This document shows, piece after piece, positions 47,163 through 57,813 of a stretch of DNA of 64,000 nt. The notes beneath the pieces are model-generated. The model was not told the DNA's origin. It saw nothing but the letters and a program-made list of their open reading frames with translations, and searched no databases. Made by a program: the position numbers and the translations under genes. Position 1 is the stretch's first letter. Each line of letters begins with the position of its first letter. The DNA is from an uncultured Bacteroidales bacterium (GTDB lineage Bacteria > Bacteroidota > Bacteroidia > Bacteroidales > UBA932), in the NCBI GenBank assembly GCA_946405435.1, contig CAMJHF010000007.1:20473-84472 (forward strand). Direction: 5' to 3'.

Positions 47163-49825
47163 TGAAAACTAGATATATTTTGACTGTTCTGGCGGTTTCC
47201 GCCCTTGCTGCCGCCGCCTGCACCCGGGATATCGAACCTGCACCCGAGGCTGATTCCGTGACCTTCGAGGCCACTATCGGCCAGCCTGGAACCAAGATGC
47301 ATTTTGCCGGCGACCATGGTACATATACCGAGGTCCGCTGGGAAGACGGCGACCGTATATGGGTACGCAGCGACACCCAGCCTGCCTGGGAAAAAGGCGA
47401 CTGCTTCACTACTTCCGCATCGGACATTTCATCCGACGGACATTCTGCAAAATTCACGGGACGTACGCGTGCGGACGGCAAAATCTGCGCGGTGTACCCT
47501 TATGCAATGGCAAGCGACCTGTCAGACAACGACAAGGTGCTGCTCAACATCCCCGACACCCAGACAATCATCCCCGGCGACTGCCCCAGGCAGTCAATAG
47601 CCGCCGTTGCATTCTGGGCTGACGGAAGCACCAGCTTCAACATGAAATATGTACTGGGTGCAGTGAAGTTCAGTCTCACCGGTCAGGACGTTCCCGTCCA
47701 GTATTTCGAACTCGTCGATGCCAATACCTCACAGGCCCTTTACGGAACCCTCGAGATTACTCCCGATTATGATGCCAAGGATGTCGCGTCCGTGACCATG
47801 ACCGGGAAGGCCTTCTCCAACAAGGTCAAGCTCGTGCCTTCGGAGCCCGTCACCCTTGGCTCCACGCCTTATGAATTCTATGTGATGCTCCCCGAGGGCG
47901 CCCTTGCAGCAGGATTCACAATCAAGGCCTATGATGCCGAAGGAAACGAAGCAGGAGAGGTTTCCACCTCGGCCGACAACTCCATAGTTCGCGGCAAAGT
48001 GCGTACGATGCCCGCAGCGGCACTGACGGCAGGCAGCCAGGAGGAGGTGACCATGGAAGGCTCCGGCACCGAAGCCGATCCTTTCAAGGTGACTTCTGCC
48101 GATGTCCTTTCGCTCATCAGCACAAAGATGGCTGGAGACGCTTACGACGAGGTTGCCGACAAGTATTTCGTCCAGACCGAGGATATAGACATGGCCGGAA
48201 TAGAATTCGTGCCCATCGGCCAGACTTCTGCGAAACCCTTCAAGGGACACTATGACGGAGCCGGCAAAACCATCTCCAATGTAGTGACCGGAGGCGAATC
48301 AAGCGAGAATCCTGCCAGCGGAATCTTCGGTTATACCAACGGCGCCGTGATTACAGGCGTCAAGGCTGTAGGCCGCGGCAACAGCGGCAGTTTCGTCAGG
48401 GTCGGCGGCATCGTAGGACATGCCGTGAACACCACCATCGAGTCTTGCAGCCTGACCGGCGGATCGCTTGAGGCAAGCGCAAATGTCGTTGCCGGAATCG
48501 CCGCCCAGATCGACGGAGGAACGGTGAAGGACTGCTCCGTCTCCGAAGTAACGATCAGCACTACCACGAATTATGCTGCGGGTATCGTCGCCCATCTTCC
48601 TTCCGGAGGCACCATTGAGAATTGTACGGTAAGCAACGCTACGATCAAGGGTGTCGCCGAAAACGGAGGTATATGCGGCAAGATTATAGGCGGAACCGTC
48701 AAGGACTGCTCCGTCATATCAACCAAGGTCGTCGGAACCGGAGAGGACATCGGCGGTATTGCCGGATGGACCAAACCCAACACTACCTTCCAGAACTGCA
48801 CCGTGTCCGGAGCTACCATCAGTTCCACCAAAAACTATGTTGCCGGTATCGTGGCGCTTCCCGAGGGTGCGACAATAATCGGCTGTACTGTAAATGAAGG
48901 TACGGTGATCACCAGCGACATGGGCGGCACCGGTGGCATTGCCGGCTACTTCAAGAATACGGCGTCAACTGTCGAGGGATGCACCGTTGATGGTATCTCC
49001 ATCACGGGTGCAGCCACCAACATCGGCGGCGTGGTCGGACGCTTCGACCTTGGCGAGATCAAGTCTACCGTCGTCAAGAACACTTCCATCAAAGGTATAG
49101 ACAGCGTCGGCGGCATTGCCGGCCGTCCAATTACCCGTGGCGGAGACTGCATCATCGACGGATGCAATGTAGAGAAGGTTCAGATTGAGGGCACCATTTA
49201 TCTTGGCGGTATCGCCGGATATATCTACCCGGATTCCAACTATCTGCTCACTCTCGCCAACTGCGGAGTCAAGTCCCTTTCGATCACGTCTTCCGAGGCA
49301 GATGCCAGGATGGGCGGTATTGTCGGATGGGTGCGCCTGACCGACAAGAATTCGAATGCGCGCATACTCAACTGCTATGCCCACTCCGTGGAAGGCGCTC
49401 CGATTTCGTTCGTTTATCCTTCTTCTGCCACCGCGCCATCTGTCGGCGGTATCATCGGATATGCGTCAATGAGGGACTCCGAACAGGGAACTCTGCTGAT
49501 TGCCGGATGTACAAGCAACCTTACCGCGGCAAATGTCAATGGCGGCAGCGTCCCTGACGACACCCAGGCCGCCAACATAGGCGCCCTGTTCGGAATCGTG
49601 GTCGACAACACGGCGGCCACCGTCAAGGAATGTGCTTTTGTCAGTGACGGCGGCCTTACTGCCGGTCCTGTCGGCGCTAATGTCGTGTCGAGCGGCATCG
49701 AGGGATTCGCTTCCTCAGGCTATGCAGCCTCAGCCTCCGCCAAACTCAGCGCATTCGCTTCCTCCTTCAGCGATTATACCCTGAATGGCTGGACGGTCTC
49801 CGGCGGTCTGCCCGTACTTCAATAG
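47162..49825 (+). CDS. Lipoprotein: fimbrillin/Mfa-like N-terminal domain + GLUG repeat region
   Basis: Lipobox AAAC; TK..WEDGDRIWV, AVYPY, FYVMLP; GSGTEADPF, FKGHYDG, more than 10 GGI(A/V)G-type repeats; TGATG overlap with the previous gene. Confidence 0.8.
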   Translation: MKTRYILTVLAVSALAAAACTRDIEPAPEADSVTFEATIGQPGTKMHFAGDHGTYTEVRWEDGDRIWVRSDTQPAWEKGDCFTTSASDISSDGHSAKFTGRTRADGKICAVYPYAMASDLSDNDKVLLNIPDTQTIIPGDCPRQSIAAVAFWADGSTSFNMKYVLGAVKFSLTGQDVPVQYFELVDANTSQALYGTLEITPDYDAKDVASVTMTGKAFSNKVKLVPSEPVTLGSTPYEFYVMLPEGALAAGFTIKAYDAEGNEAGEVSTSADNSIVRGKVRTMPAAALTAGSQEEVTMEGSGTEADPFKVTSADVLSLISTKMAGDAYDEVADKYFVQTEDIDMAGIEFVPIGQTSAKPFKGHYDGAGKTISNVVTGGESSENPASGIFGYTNGAVITGVKAVGRGNSGSFVRVGGIVGHAVNTTIESCSLTGGSLEASANVVAGIAAQIDGGTVKDCSVSEVTISTTTNYAAGIVAHLPSGGTIENCTVSNATIKGVAENGGICGKIIGGTVKDCSVISTKVVGTGEDIGGIAGWTKPNTTFQNCTVSGATISSTKNYVAGIVALPEGATIIGCTVNEGTVITSDMGGTGGIAGYFKNTASTVEGCTVDGISITGAATNIGGVVGRFDLGEIKSTVVKNTSIKGIDSVGGIAGRPITRGGDCIIDGCNVEKVQIEGTIYLGGIAGYIYPDSNYLLTLANCGVKSLSITSSEADARMGGIVGWVRLTDKNSNARILNCYAHSVEGAPISFVYPSSATAPSVGGIIGYASMRDSEQGTLLIAGCTSNLTAANVNGGSVPDDTQAANIGALFGIVVDNTAATVKECAFVSDGGLTAGPVGANVVSSGIEGFASSGYAASASAKLSAFASSFSDYTLNGWTVSGGLPVLQ

Positions 49826-49850
49826 CATCCGGTACGGTTTGTTTTAAGAG

Positions 49851-49888
49851 AATATGCCTGCATGAAACGTCATGCAGGCATATTTCTT
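49851..49888 (+). terminator. Rho-independent terminator after the fimbrillin-like operon
   Basis: AATATGCCTGCATGA-AACG-TCATGCAGGCATATT followed by TCTT. Confidence 0.8.
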
Positions 49889-49947
49889 GTTGTTAAACTG
49901 CGAGATTATTGCTAAATTTGAAAATTCAATAACCACTCTTATCTTAT

Positions 49948-50547
49948 ATGCAAAATAAATTACAGGAACTTACTGAACAACTTTACAATGAGGGTCTTGC
50001 CAAAGGCCGTCAGGAAGGAGACCGTTACCTGGAGGAAGCCCGCGCGAAGGCGGAACAGATTATTGCAGAAGCTACCAAGAAAGCTTCCGACCTTCTGTCC
50101 AAGGCCGAACAAGACGCTGCAGCACTGCGTTCAAAAGCTGAATCCGATATCAAGATGGCATCAGCCCAGGCCCTTCAGGCCACCCGCAAGGATATCGAGA
50201 ACCTTATAGTCGCCAAAGCTTCCGCCCAGACCGCAACCGCGGATCCTGATTTCCTCAAGCAGATAATTACCTGCGTGGCAGAAAAATTCGTGGCCGGCGG
50301 AGCTTCCGACGTCCAGCTGGTACTCCCCTCGTCGCTTCAGGACAAACTTCAACCCTGGGCAGAGTCGCAGCTGGCCAAGATACTCTCGGCTCCAGTCAAG
50401 GTTGAATTTTCCAAGAAGATCTCCGGCGGCTTTACCATCGCCCCGCAAGACGGAAGCTATTACATCAGTTTTACGGACCGGACTTTCCAGGATCTGATTG
50501 CCGAATATCTCCGCCCCGTGACACGCAAACTCCTGTTCGGTGAATAA
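49948..50547 (+). CDS. V/A-type ATP synthase subunit E
   Basis: MQNKLQELT..LY.EG; GGF.I...DGSY.I.FTD; YLRP. Promoter TAAATTTG at 49913-49920. Confidence 0.88.
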   Translation: MQNKLQELTEQLYNEGLAKGRQEGDRYLEEARAKAEQIIAEATKKASDLLSKAEQDAAALRSKAESDIKMASAQALQATRKDIENLIVAKASAQTATADPDFLKQIITCVAEKFVAGGASDVQLVLPSSLQDKLQPWAESQLAKILSAPVKVEFSKKISGGFTIAPQDGSYYISFTDRTFQDLIAEYLRPVTRKLLFGE

Positions 50548-51115
50548 TTACGAGTACATTATAGCATCGCTTCCTGTTCCCGGCAAAGATGCCGGAGCGC
50601 TGGATGCCGACGCTTTGACAGCTGAAATACTGGGTCTTCTTTCCTCCCAGGACCAGGCGCTGGCCTCGCTCCTTCTGGAAAGCTTCAACCCCGATTCGCT
50701 CGATTCCGATTATTATATCCGGGCGCACAAGTCTTCCAATGCCTTCATTCGGGAATATTCTGCATTCGACCTCAAGGTGCGCAACGCCAAGGTCGATTAC
50801 CTGAATGAATTGCTCGGCCGGCCTCAGGGACAGGATATCATGCCTCTGCCCGAGGGCGTTGACGGCGAGTTCGACCTCAGACCCGAAGTCGACGCCGTCT
50901 TGTCCCGCACGGACATTCTCGACCGCGAGAAGGGCCTTGACGACCTCATGTGGGCCAAGGCTGACGAACTCGTGGAAATGCACGTGCTGGACCTTGATGT
51001 GATACTGGCTTTCATTGCAAAAATAAAGATTACCGACCGCTGGAACAAACTTGATCCCGAAACCGGCCGGCAACTTTTCCGCAAATTGGTACAAGAAATA
51101 AGAAACACTAGATAA
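50540..51115 (+). CDS. DUF2764 protein (V-ATPase subunit C-like)
   Basis: YEYIIASLP, RE..LD...W and RW.KLD.E.G...F motifs; operon position. Confidence 0.8.
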   Translation: MNNYEYIIASLPVPGKDAGALDADALTAEILGLLSSQDQALASLLLESFNPDSLDSDYYIRAHKSSNAFIREYSAFDLKVRNAKVDYLNELLGRPQGQDIMPLPEGVDGEFDLRPEVDAVLSRTDILDREKGLDDLMWAKADELVEMHVLDLDVILAFIAKIKITDRWNKLDPETGRQLFRKLVQEIRNTR

Positions 51116-51116
51116 T

Positions 51117-52871
51117 ATGGCTACAAAAGGCAAGGTGACAGGCATAGTCTCTAACCTGGTGACCGTCAAGGTTGACGGCCCGGTGGGCGAAAACGAACTC
51201 TGTCACATCAATCTCGGCGGTACCATGCTCCTTGCCGAGGTTATAAAGGTAACAGGCCAGAATGCCTCGGTCCAGGTATTCGAGAGCACACGCGGCCTTA
51301 AGAACGGCGACGAGGTGACTTTCCTCGGCCGTATGCTGGAGGCCAGCCTCGGCCCCGGGCTCTTGTCCGGAGTCTATGACGGGCTTCAGAATGACCTGAC
51401 CACTATGCAGGGCGTATTCCTTAAACGCGGCGAATACACCGACCCGCTCGACCATGAGAAATTATGGATGTTTACCCCGCTGGTGGAACCCGGCGCGCGC
51501 GTATCGGCTGCCGACTGGCTGGGTGAGGTCATGGAAGAATGGCTCCCCCACAAGATCATGGTGCCGTTCAACTTCTCCGGAGAATACACAGTCAAGTCAA
51601 TTGCGCCTGCCGGCGACTACAACATCGACGCCACGATCGCCGTCCTGATGGATGCCGAAGGCGTTGAGAAAAATGTCACGATGTGTCAGAAGTGGCCGGT
51701 AAAGGTAGCCATCAAGGGTTATAAGGAAAAACCGCGTCCAAGCAAGATAATGGAGACAGGAGTGCGCATTATCGACACTTTCAATCCCATCGCCGAGGGA
51801 GGAACCGGTTTCATCCCCGGTCCTTTCGGATGCGGCAAGACCGTTCTCCAGCATGCTATAGCCAAGCAGGGCGAGGCCGACATAGTGGTCATGGCCGCCT
51901 GCGGCGAGCGTGCCAACGAGGTGGTCGAGATCTTTACCGAGTATCCAGAACTCATCGATCCCCATACGGGACGCAAGCTCATGGAAAGGACAGTTATTAT
52001 ATGTAATACTTCCAACATGCCTGTCGCCGCCCGCGAGGCCTCGGTCTATACGGCGATGACCATCTGCGAGTATTACAGGGCCATGGGCTACCGCTGTCTG
52101 CTTCTTGCCGACTCTACATCCCGCTGGGCTCAGGCGCTCAGGGAAATGTCCAACCGTATGGAGGAACTTCCCGGCCAGGATGCATTCCCGGTGGACCTTT
52201 CCGCCATCATTTCCAATTTCTACGCACGTGCAGGCCAGGTCGTGCTGAACAACGGAAAGACCGGGGCCGTTACATTCATCGGCACCGTATCCCCTGCCGG
52301 CGGCAACCTCAAGGAACCGGTCACCGAAAGCACCAAGAAGGCAGCCCGCTGCTTCTACGCCCTTGAGCAGAACCGCGCGGACCAGAAGCGCTACCCTGCC
52401 GTCAATCCTGTGGAGTCTTATTCCAAGTACCTCGAATATCCCGAAATCCAGGAGTACCTTCAGGCCACCGTGGAAAAGGGATGGATCGACAAAGTGCTGG
52501 AAGCCAAGAACCTCGTGCGCAGAGGCAAGGAAATGGCGGAGCAAATCAACATTCTCGGCGACGACGGCGTCCCCATGAGCTACCACGAGGCATATTGGAA
52601 GAGCGAGCTCATCGACTTCGCATTCCTCCAGCAAGATGCATTCGATGCCGTGGATGCAGTGTGCCCCATGGAGCGTCAGAAGTTCATGCTGGACCTTATC
52701 CTTGGTATCTGCCGCAAAGATTTCGGTTTCGAAGACTACGAAGTCTGCCGCAGCTGGTTCAAGGAGGTAATCAACACCCTGCGCCAAATGAACTACTCGG
52801 AATTCCATTCCGAGAGTTTCGAAAACTACTTCTCCACTCTCAACCAACAACTCTCGCAATATGGCAACTAA
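51117..52871 (+). CDS. V/A-type ATP synthase subunit A
   Basis: PGPFGCGKTV, CGERANE, NTSNMPVAAREAS and DSTSRWAQALRE motifs. Confidence 0.96.
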   Translation: MATKGKVTGIVSNLVTVKVDGPVGENELCHINLGGTMLLAEVIKVTGQNASVQVFESTRGLKNGDEVTFLGRMLEASLGPGLLSGVYDGLQNDLTTMQGVFLKRGEYTDPLDHEKLWMFTPLVEPGARVSAADWLGEVMEEWLPHKIMVPFNFSGEYTVKSIAPAGDYNIDATIAVLMDAEGVEKNVTMCQKWPVKVAIKGYKEKPRPSKIMETGVRIIDTFNPIAEGGTGFIPGPFGCGKTVLQHAIAKQGEADIVVMAACGERANEVVEIFTEYPELIDPHTGRKLMERTVIICNTSNMPVAAREASVYTAMTICEYYRAMGYRCLLLADSTSRWAQALREMSNRMEELPGQDAFPVDLSAIISNFYARAGQVVLNNGKTGAVTFIGTVSPAGGNLKEPVTESTKKAARCFYALEQNRADQKRYPAVNPVESYSKYLEYPEIQEYLQATVEKGWIDKVLEAKNLVRRGKEMAEQINILGDDGVPMSYHEAYWKSELIDFAFLQQDAFDAVDAVCPMERQKFMLDLILGICRKDFGFEDYEVCRSWFKEVINTLRQMNYSEFHSESFENYFSTLNQQLSQYGN

Positions 52872-54186
52872 AGCATATCAACGCACATACACCAAGCTCC
52901 AGGCTATTACCAAGGCCACGGTATCGCTGGACGCAGAGGGAGTGGCCAATGACGAGCTGGCCATCGTAGACGGCCGTCTTGCCCAGGTTGTCAAGACCAA
53001 GGACAAGCGGGTAACGCTCCAGGTCTTTTCCGGCACCGAAGGCATCCCCACCAATTCCGAGGTGAGCTTCTTCGGCGAGCCCCCTACCCTGAAGGTAAGC
53101 GAGCAGCTGTCGGGACGTTTCTTCGACGCGTACGGTAATCCCCGCGACGGAGGCCCCGAAGTGGAGGGAGAGCCCCGCGAGGCCGGCGGTCCTTCCGTCA
53201 ACCCATACAAGCGCCGTCAGCCCAGCGAGTTGATTCCTACCGGAATCGCCGGCATCGACCTTAACAATACCCTGGTTTCCGGCCAGAAGATTCCCTTCTT
53301 CGCAGACCCTGACCAGCCCTACAATAAAGTCATGGCTGAGGTCGCCCTTCGCGCGGACGTGGACAAGATTATCCTTGGCGGAATGGGACTGTCCAACGAC
53401 GATTATCTCTTTTTCCGTCAGGCCTTCGAGGGTGCAGGCGCGCTCGACAAGATCGTGTCGTTCGTCAACACCACGGAGGAGCCCCCCGTAGAGCGCCTTC
53501 TGATTCCGGACATGGCGCTCACGGCCGCAGAGTATTTTGCTGTCGACAAGAACGAAAAGGTGCTTGTGCTGCTCACCGACATGACGCTCTACGCCGACGC
53601 CCTTTCGATCGTCAGCAACCGTATGGATCAGATTCCTTCCAAGGATTCCATGCCTGGCTCGCTGTATTCCGACCTGGCCAAGATTTACGAAAAGGCCGTA
53701 CAGCTTCCCGACGGAGGTTCCATCACCATCATTGCCGTGACCACGCTCAATGACGGCGATATCACCCACGCTATCCCGGACAACACCGGCTACATCACCG
53801 AAGGCCAGCTATTCCTTCGCGCCGATTCGGATACGGGCTGCGTTATTGTCGACCCCTTCAGGAGCCTGAGCCGTCTTAAGCAGCTGGTCCAGGGCAAGAA
53901 AACCCGCGAGGACCACAGCCAGGTGATGAATGCCGGCGTGCGGCTCTATGCCGATGCGCAGAACGCCAAGACCAAGCTTCAGAACGGTTTCGACCTGTCG
54001 GACTATGACCTAAGGTGCCTGGATTACGCAAAGGATTACGCCCGGGAGCTTCTGAGCATCGACGTCAACATTTCCATAAATGAGATGCTCGATACCGCTT
54101 GGCGTCTGTTTGCCAAGTACTTCAGTCCTGCCGAAACCGGAATCAAGCAGTCTCTTATCGACAAGTATTGGAAAAAGGCTGACTGA
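52861..54186 (+). CDS. V/A-type ATP synthase subunit B
   Basis: GQKIPFF, LLTDMT.YADAL, PDNTGYITEGQ and SLSRLK motifs. Confidence 0.96.
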   Translation: MATKAYQRTYTKLQAITKATVSLDAEGVANDELAIVDGRLAQVVKTKDKRVTLQVFSGTEGIPTNSEVSFFGEPPTLKVSEQLSGRFFDAYGNPRDGGPEVEGEPREAGGPSVNPYKRRQPSELIPTGIAGIDLNNTLVSGQKIPFFADPDQPYNKVMAEVALRADVDKIILGGMGLSNDDYLFFRQAFEGAGALDKIVSFVNTTEEPPVERLLIPDMALTAAEYFAVDKNEKVLVLLTDMTLYADALSIVSNRMDQIPSKDSMPGSLYSDLAKIYEKAVQLPDGGSITIIAVTTLNDGDITHAIPDNTGYITEGQLFLRADSDTGCVIVDPFRSLSRLKQLVQGKKTREDHSQVMNAGVRLYADAQNAKTKLQNGFDLSDYDLRCLDYAKDYARELLSIDVNISINEMLDTAWRLFAKYFSPAETGIKQSLIDKYWKKAD

Positions 54187-54797
54187 TGGCAATACAGTTT
54201 CAATACAACAAGACGTCCCTGACCAACCTTGGCAAGCAACTCAAGATCAGGCAGAACGCATTGCCCACACTCAAGAATAAAGAGTCGGCGCTGCGTGTGA
54301 GCGTGATCACGGCAAAGGCCGAGGCCGAAGCCCAGGCGCGCGAACTCGAAAGCAAGCTGCAGGAGTATGACTACCTGGCGGCCTTGTGGAACGAATTCGA
54401 TCCCGGGCTCATAAGCATCAAGGACGTCCGTCTCAAGACCGTCAAGATAGCCGGCGTCAAGGCTCCGGCCCTGGACGGCATAGATTTCGAGCTTGGCCGC
54501 TTCAATGCATTTGTAAAGCCGGCCTGGTATGCGGACGGAGTCCGTATCCTGCAGGAACTGAGCACTTTGGGCATTGAGTCGGAAATTTCGGAAGAGCGCC
54601 GTCGCATCCTTGAATTCAACCGCAAGAAGACAACGCAGAAAGTGAACCTGTACGAGAAAGTGCAGATTCCCGGCTATCAGGAAGCCATCCGCAAAATAAA
54701 ACGCTACATGGAAGACGAAGAGAACCTCTCAAAGGCTTCTTCCAAAATCGTCAAGAACCGCCATGCAGCCCAGGAAGAAGAGGAGGAAGAACTATGA
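54186..54797 (+). CDS. V/A-type ATP synthase subunit D
   Basis: ALPTLKNKESALR and KTTQKVNLYEKVQIP motifs. Confidence 0.93.
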   Translation: MAIQFQYNKTSLTNLGKQLKIRQNALPTLKNKESALRVSVITAKAEAEAQARELESKLQEYDYLAALWNEFDPGLISIKDVRLKTVKIAGVKAPALDGIDFELGRFNAFVKPAWYADGVRILQELSTLGIESEISEERRRILEFNRKKTTQKVNLYEKVQIPGYQEAIRKIKRYMEDEENLSKASSKIVKNRHAAQEEEEEEL

Positions 54798-56506
54798 TCG
54801 AGAAAATGACCCGTTACGACTTCATCCTGCTTTCCGGGTATAAGGATGATTTTCTTGAGGAACTTCGCAAGCTCGGCGTTATGGATATCACCCGTTCTTC
54901 CAAGCCTTTTGACCAGCAGTCGCGCGAGCTTTTCAGGCAGTTCGAAGACGTCCAGGCCGAAATACGCCGGATTTCGAGCGGCAGGGACGATGTGCTTGCC
55001 TCTCTCAAGGAAAAGGGTGCTCAACTTGTCAAGGAACAAGATGCCGCGCGCCACTGGGGTTCTTTTGACAAAGGAAAGATAGCTTCTCTTGGCATCCCCG
55101 TCCGCTTCTACTGCGTTCCGGAAAAGCAATTCGATGCCGCCTGGCCCGAACAATATGCCTTACTGCAGACAGACAAGGCAAAAGGCAAAGTGTGGTTCGT
55201 GGTATTCGGTGCCGGGGACTTCCCTGCCGTGCCTGTACCTTCTCCCGAGCATTCAGTAGATGAACTCGAAGCTCTGATTGCCGAGAATTCTGAAAGGACC
55301 AAGGCTTACGAAGGCGAACTCGAAGCAAAGAAGAGCACCATTCCTTCACTCGAAGCCAAGGCGGAACAGATTAAGTCGGAATTGAACCGCTATCTTGCCG
55401 GAGCTTCTGCCGAATATGCCGCTGATGAGACTCTTGCCGTTTTCGAAGGTTTTGCCCCGCAGGCGGACAAAGAAAGGCTTGAATCTGCTTTCAATGAGCT
55501 TGGCTGTGTGTGGACAAGTGCTGAAGCTACACTGGAGGATAACCCTCCTATAAAACTCAAGAACAACAAGTTCGTGCGCATGTTCGAGACTCTCACGGAT
55601 ATGTATGGCAGGCCCGATTACAACGAATTCGACCCTACGCCCTACATTTCAGTTTTCTTCCTGCTTTTCTTTGCCATGTGCATGGGCGACGCAGGATATG
55701 GCCTGCTGCTCATCATAGGCGGTATACTGTTAAGGAAGGTTGAGAGCATGAAGAACCTGGCTCCTTTGGTAACGACCCTTGGCGCAGGGACATTCGTAGT
55801 GGGCATAGTGATGCACACCTTCTTCGGTGTAGATATCTCGGCCCTTCCCTGGATACCGTCGTGGCTCAAGGCGGTCATGATTACGGGCAACATCGCCGGA
55901 TTCGACGCCCAGATGGTCCTTTCCCTTGTAATTGGCGTAATTCACCTGTGCCTTGCCATGGTGGTAAAGACAGTGTACGCCACGCGGAACAAGGGTTTCC
56001 TCGGCTCGCTCGGAGTCTGGGGCTGGACCCTTCTGATAGTCGGCGGTGTGGTCGTGGGAACTTTGGCCATATTCAAACTCCTTCCCCCGGCCATTACCAA
56101 GTGGATAATAATCGGACTCGGCATTGTCTCCGCCCTTGGTATCTTCTTGTTCAACGATATCCACCGCAATCCTCTCAAGAACATAGGCTCCGGCCTGTGG
56201 GAGACCTACAACACAGTTACCGGCCTGCTTGGCGACGTACTCAGCTACCTGCGCCTCTATGCGCTCGGGCTTGCCGGCGGCATGCTCGGCAAGGCCTTCA
56301 ACGACATTGCCGCGATGACTCTGGGGGACGGCTCCTTCGGGTTTGGCTGGATTGCCTTCGTGCTGATCCTCATCATCGGACACGCACTGAATCTGGCCAT
56401 GTGCTGCCTCGGCGCCTTCGTGCATCCCCTGCGACTTAACTTCCTCGAATTCTTCAAGAATTCAGGATATGACGGCAAAGGCCGTATATATCAGCCAATG
56501 AAATAA
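54794..56506 (+). CDS. V/A-type ATP synthase subunit I (a)
   Basis: PPIKLKNN, P.Y.EFDPT, GDAGYG, DVLSYLRLYALGLA and HPLRL.F.EFF motifs. Confidence 0.94.
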   Translation: MIEKMTRYDFILLSGYKDDFLEELRKLGVMDITRSSKPFDQQSRELFRQFEDVQAEIRRISSGRDDVLASLKEKGAQLVKEQDAARHWGSFDKGKIASLGIPVRFYCVPEKQFDAAWPEQYALLQTDKAKGKVWFVVFGAGDFPAVPVPSPEHSVDELEALIAENSERTKAYEGELEAKKSTIPSLEAKAEQIKSELNRYLAGASAEYAADETLAVFEGFAPQADKERLESAFNELGCVWTSAEATLEDNPPIKLKNNKFVRMFETLTDMYGRPDYNEFDPTPYISVFFLLFFAMCMGDAGYGLLLIIGGILLRKVESMKNLAPLVTTLGAGTFVVGIVMHTFFGVDISALPWIPSWLKAVMITGNIAGFDAQMVLSLVIGVIHLCLAMVVKTVYATRNKGFLGSLGVWGWTLLIVGGVVVGTLAIFKLLPPAITKWIIIGLGIVSALGIFLFNDIHRNPLKNIGSGLWETYNTVTGLLGDVLSYLRLYALGLAGGMLGKAFNDIAAMTLGDGSFGFGWIAFVLILIIGHALNLAMCCLGAFVHPLRLNFLEFFKNSGYDGKGRIYQPMK

Positions 56507-56509
56507 TAA

Positions 56510-56971
<462 letters not shown>

Positions 56972-57004
56972 TCAGAAGGCGGACCTTTTGGGTCCGCCTT
57001 CTGA
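56972..57004. terminator. Bidirectional terminator hairpin
   Basis: TCAGAAGGCGGACC-TTTTG-GGTCCGCCTTCTGA between convergent genes. Confidence 0.85.
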
Positions 57005-57010
57005 AAGAAA

Positions 57011-57808
57011 CTATCGGTTAAGAGAGTTAAGATATTCCTTGATTTTTTCGGGGTGGTCTGAGGAAACGAAGTCCACCCCGTGTTTTATCGCCCAGTCGAC
57101 AATTTCCTTGTCATTTACCACCCACAACGTCACTTCCATGCCCAACTGATGGGCGCGGTCGACGTATTCAGGATGATTGAAAAGGCCGTTAAGATCGTAG
57201 GAGACAGCATTGTAGCCGCGGGCATAGCAATAGTCCGGATCGTGGATATACCACCCGCTGTCGGTGAAAATGACCTTTGCCGAAGGCTCCAGACGATGGA
57301 TCTCCTGAACCTCCCAATCGCTGAAAGTCGTATACTCTATCTGCCCCTGCATCTTCATCCTGCGCACGGTCTCGACTATGAGCTCCACGGCTTTTGTCTC
57401 CCTTTCCGGCGTAGGCTGCTTCTTGACCTCGAGGATAAGCTTGGTCTCCGGATGCTTGCGCCCTTCTGCAAGATACTCTTCGAGCGTAGGCATTATGGAG
57501 CCACCGGGGAGCACTACGGAACGGGCCTCGGCAAAAGTGATGTTGTGGATGCTTTTGCCAAGTCCGGGAACGCTTGGGCCATGGAAGACGATGAGTTTTT
57601 CGTCAGCTGTCAGCTGAACATCGAATTCGGCCGCATACACTCCGAGGCTTTGGTTGAATCTCAGGGCTGGGATCGTGTTCTCGTAAAGGGGCGTTGCAGG
57701 GTCGAAGGGAGTGTTGAACCGCACTCCCCTGTGACCTACCACTTTTACCTGCGCGGCCGCCGTAAGGCAGAGAACTGCCGCAGCAACCAGGCAACATACG
57801 CGTTTCAT
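57011..57808 (-). CDS. Secreted glycerophosphodiester phosphodiesterase (GDPD)
   Basis: Signal AAA-Q; GHRG, ENT, EFDV...H, PTLEE, LEVK, WVVN and SDHP motifs. Confidence 0.92.
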   Translation of the reverse strand: MKRVCCLVAAAVLCLTAAAQVKVVGHRGVRFNTPFDPATPLYENTIPALRFNQSLGVYAAEFDVQLTADEKLIVFHGPSVPGLGKSIHNITFAEARSVVLPGGSIMPTLEEYLAEGRKHPETKLILEVKKQPTPERETKAVELIVETVRRMKMQGQIEYTTFSDWEVQEIHRLEPSAKVIFTDSGWYIHDPDYCYARGYNAVSYDLNGLFNHPEYVDRAHQLGMEVTLWVVNDKEIVDWAIKHGVDFVSSDHPEKIKEYLNSLNR

Positions 57809-57813
57809 GACAG

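Noticed and set aside
44900-49500. Recurrent ggcggcatc/ggcggtat motifs as a CRISPR or DNA tandem repeat
   Set aside because: They are the coding GGI(A/V)G GLUG repeats, degenerate at the DNA level, with no fixed repeat-spacer structure.
51597-52859. 420-aa antisense ORF over V-ATPase A (and similar ORFs at 349-1182, 2700-3722, 15867-17048 and 52840-53769)
   Set aside because: Codon-bias shadows of real genes, with no independent coding signal.
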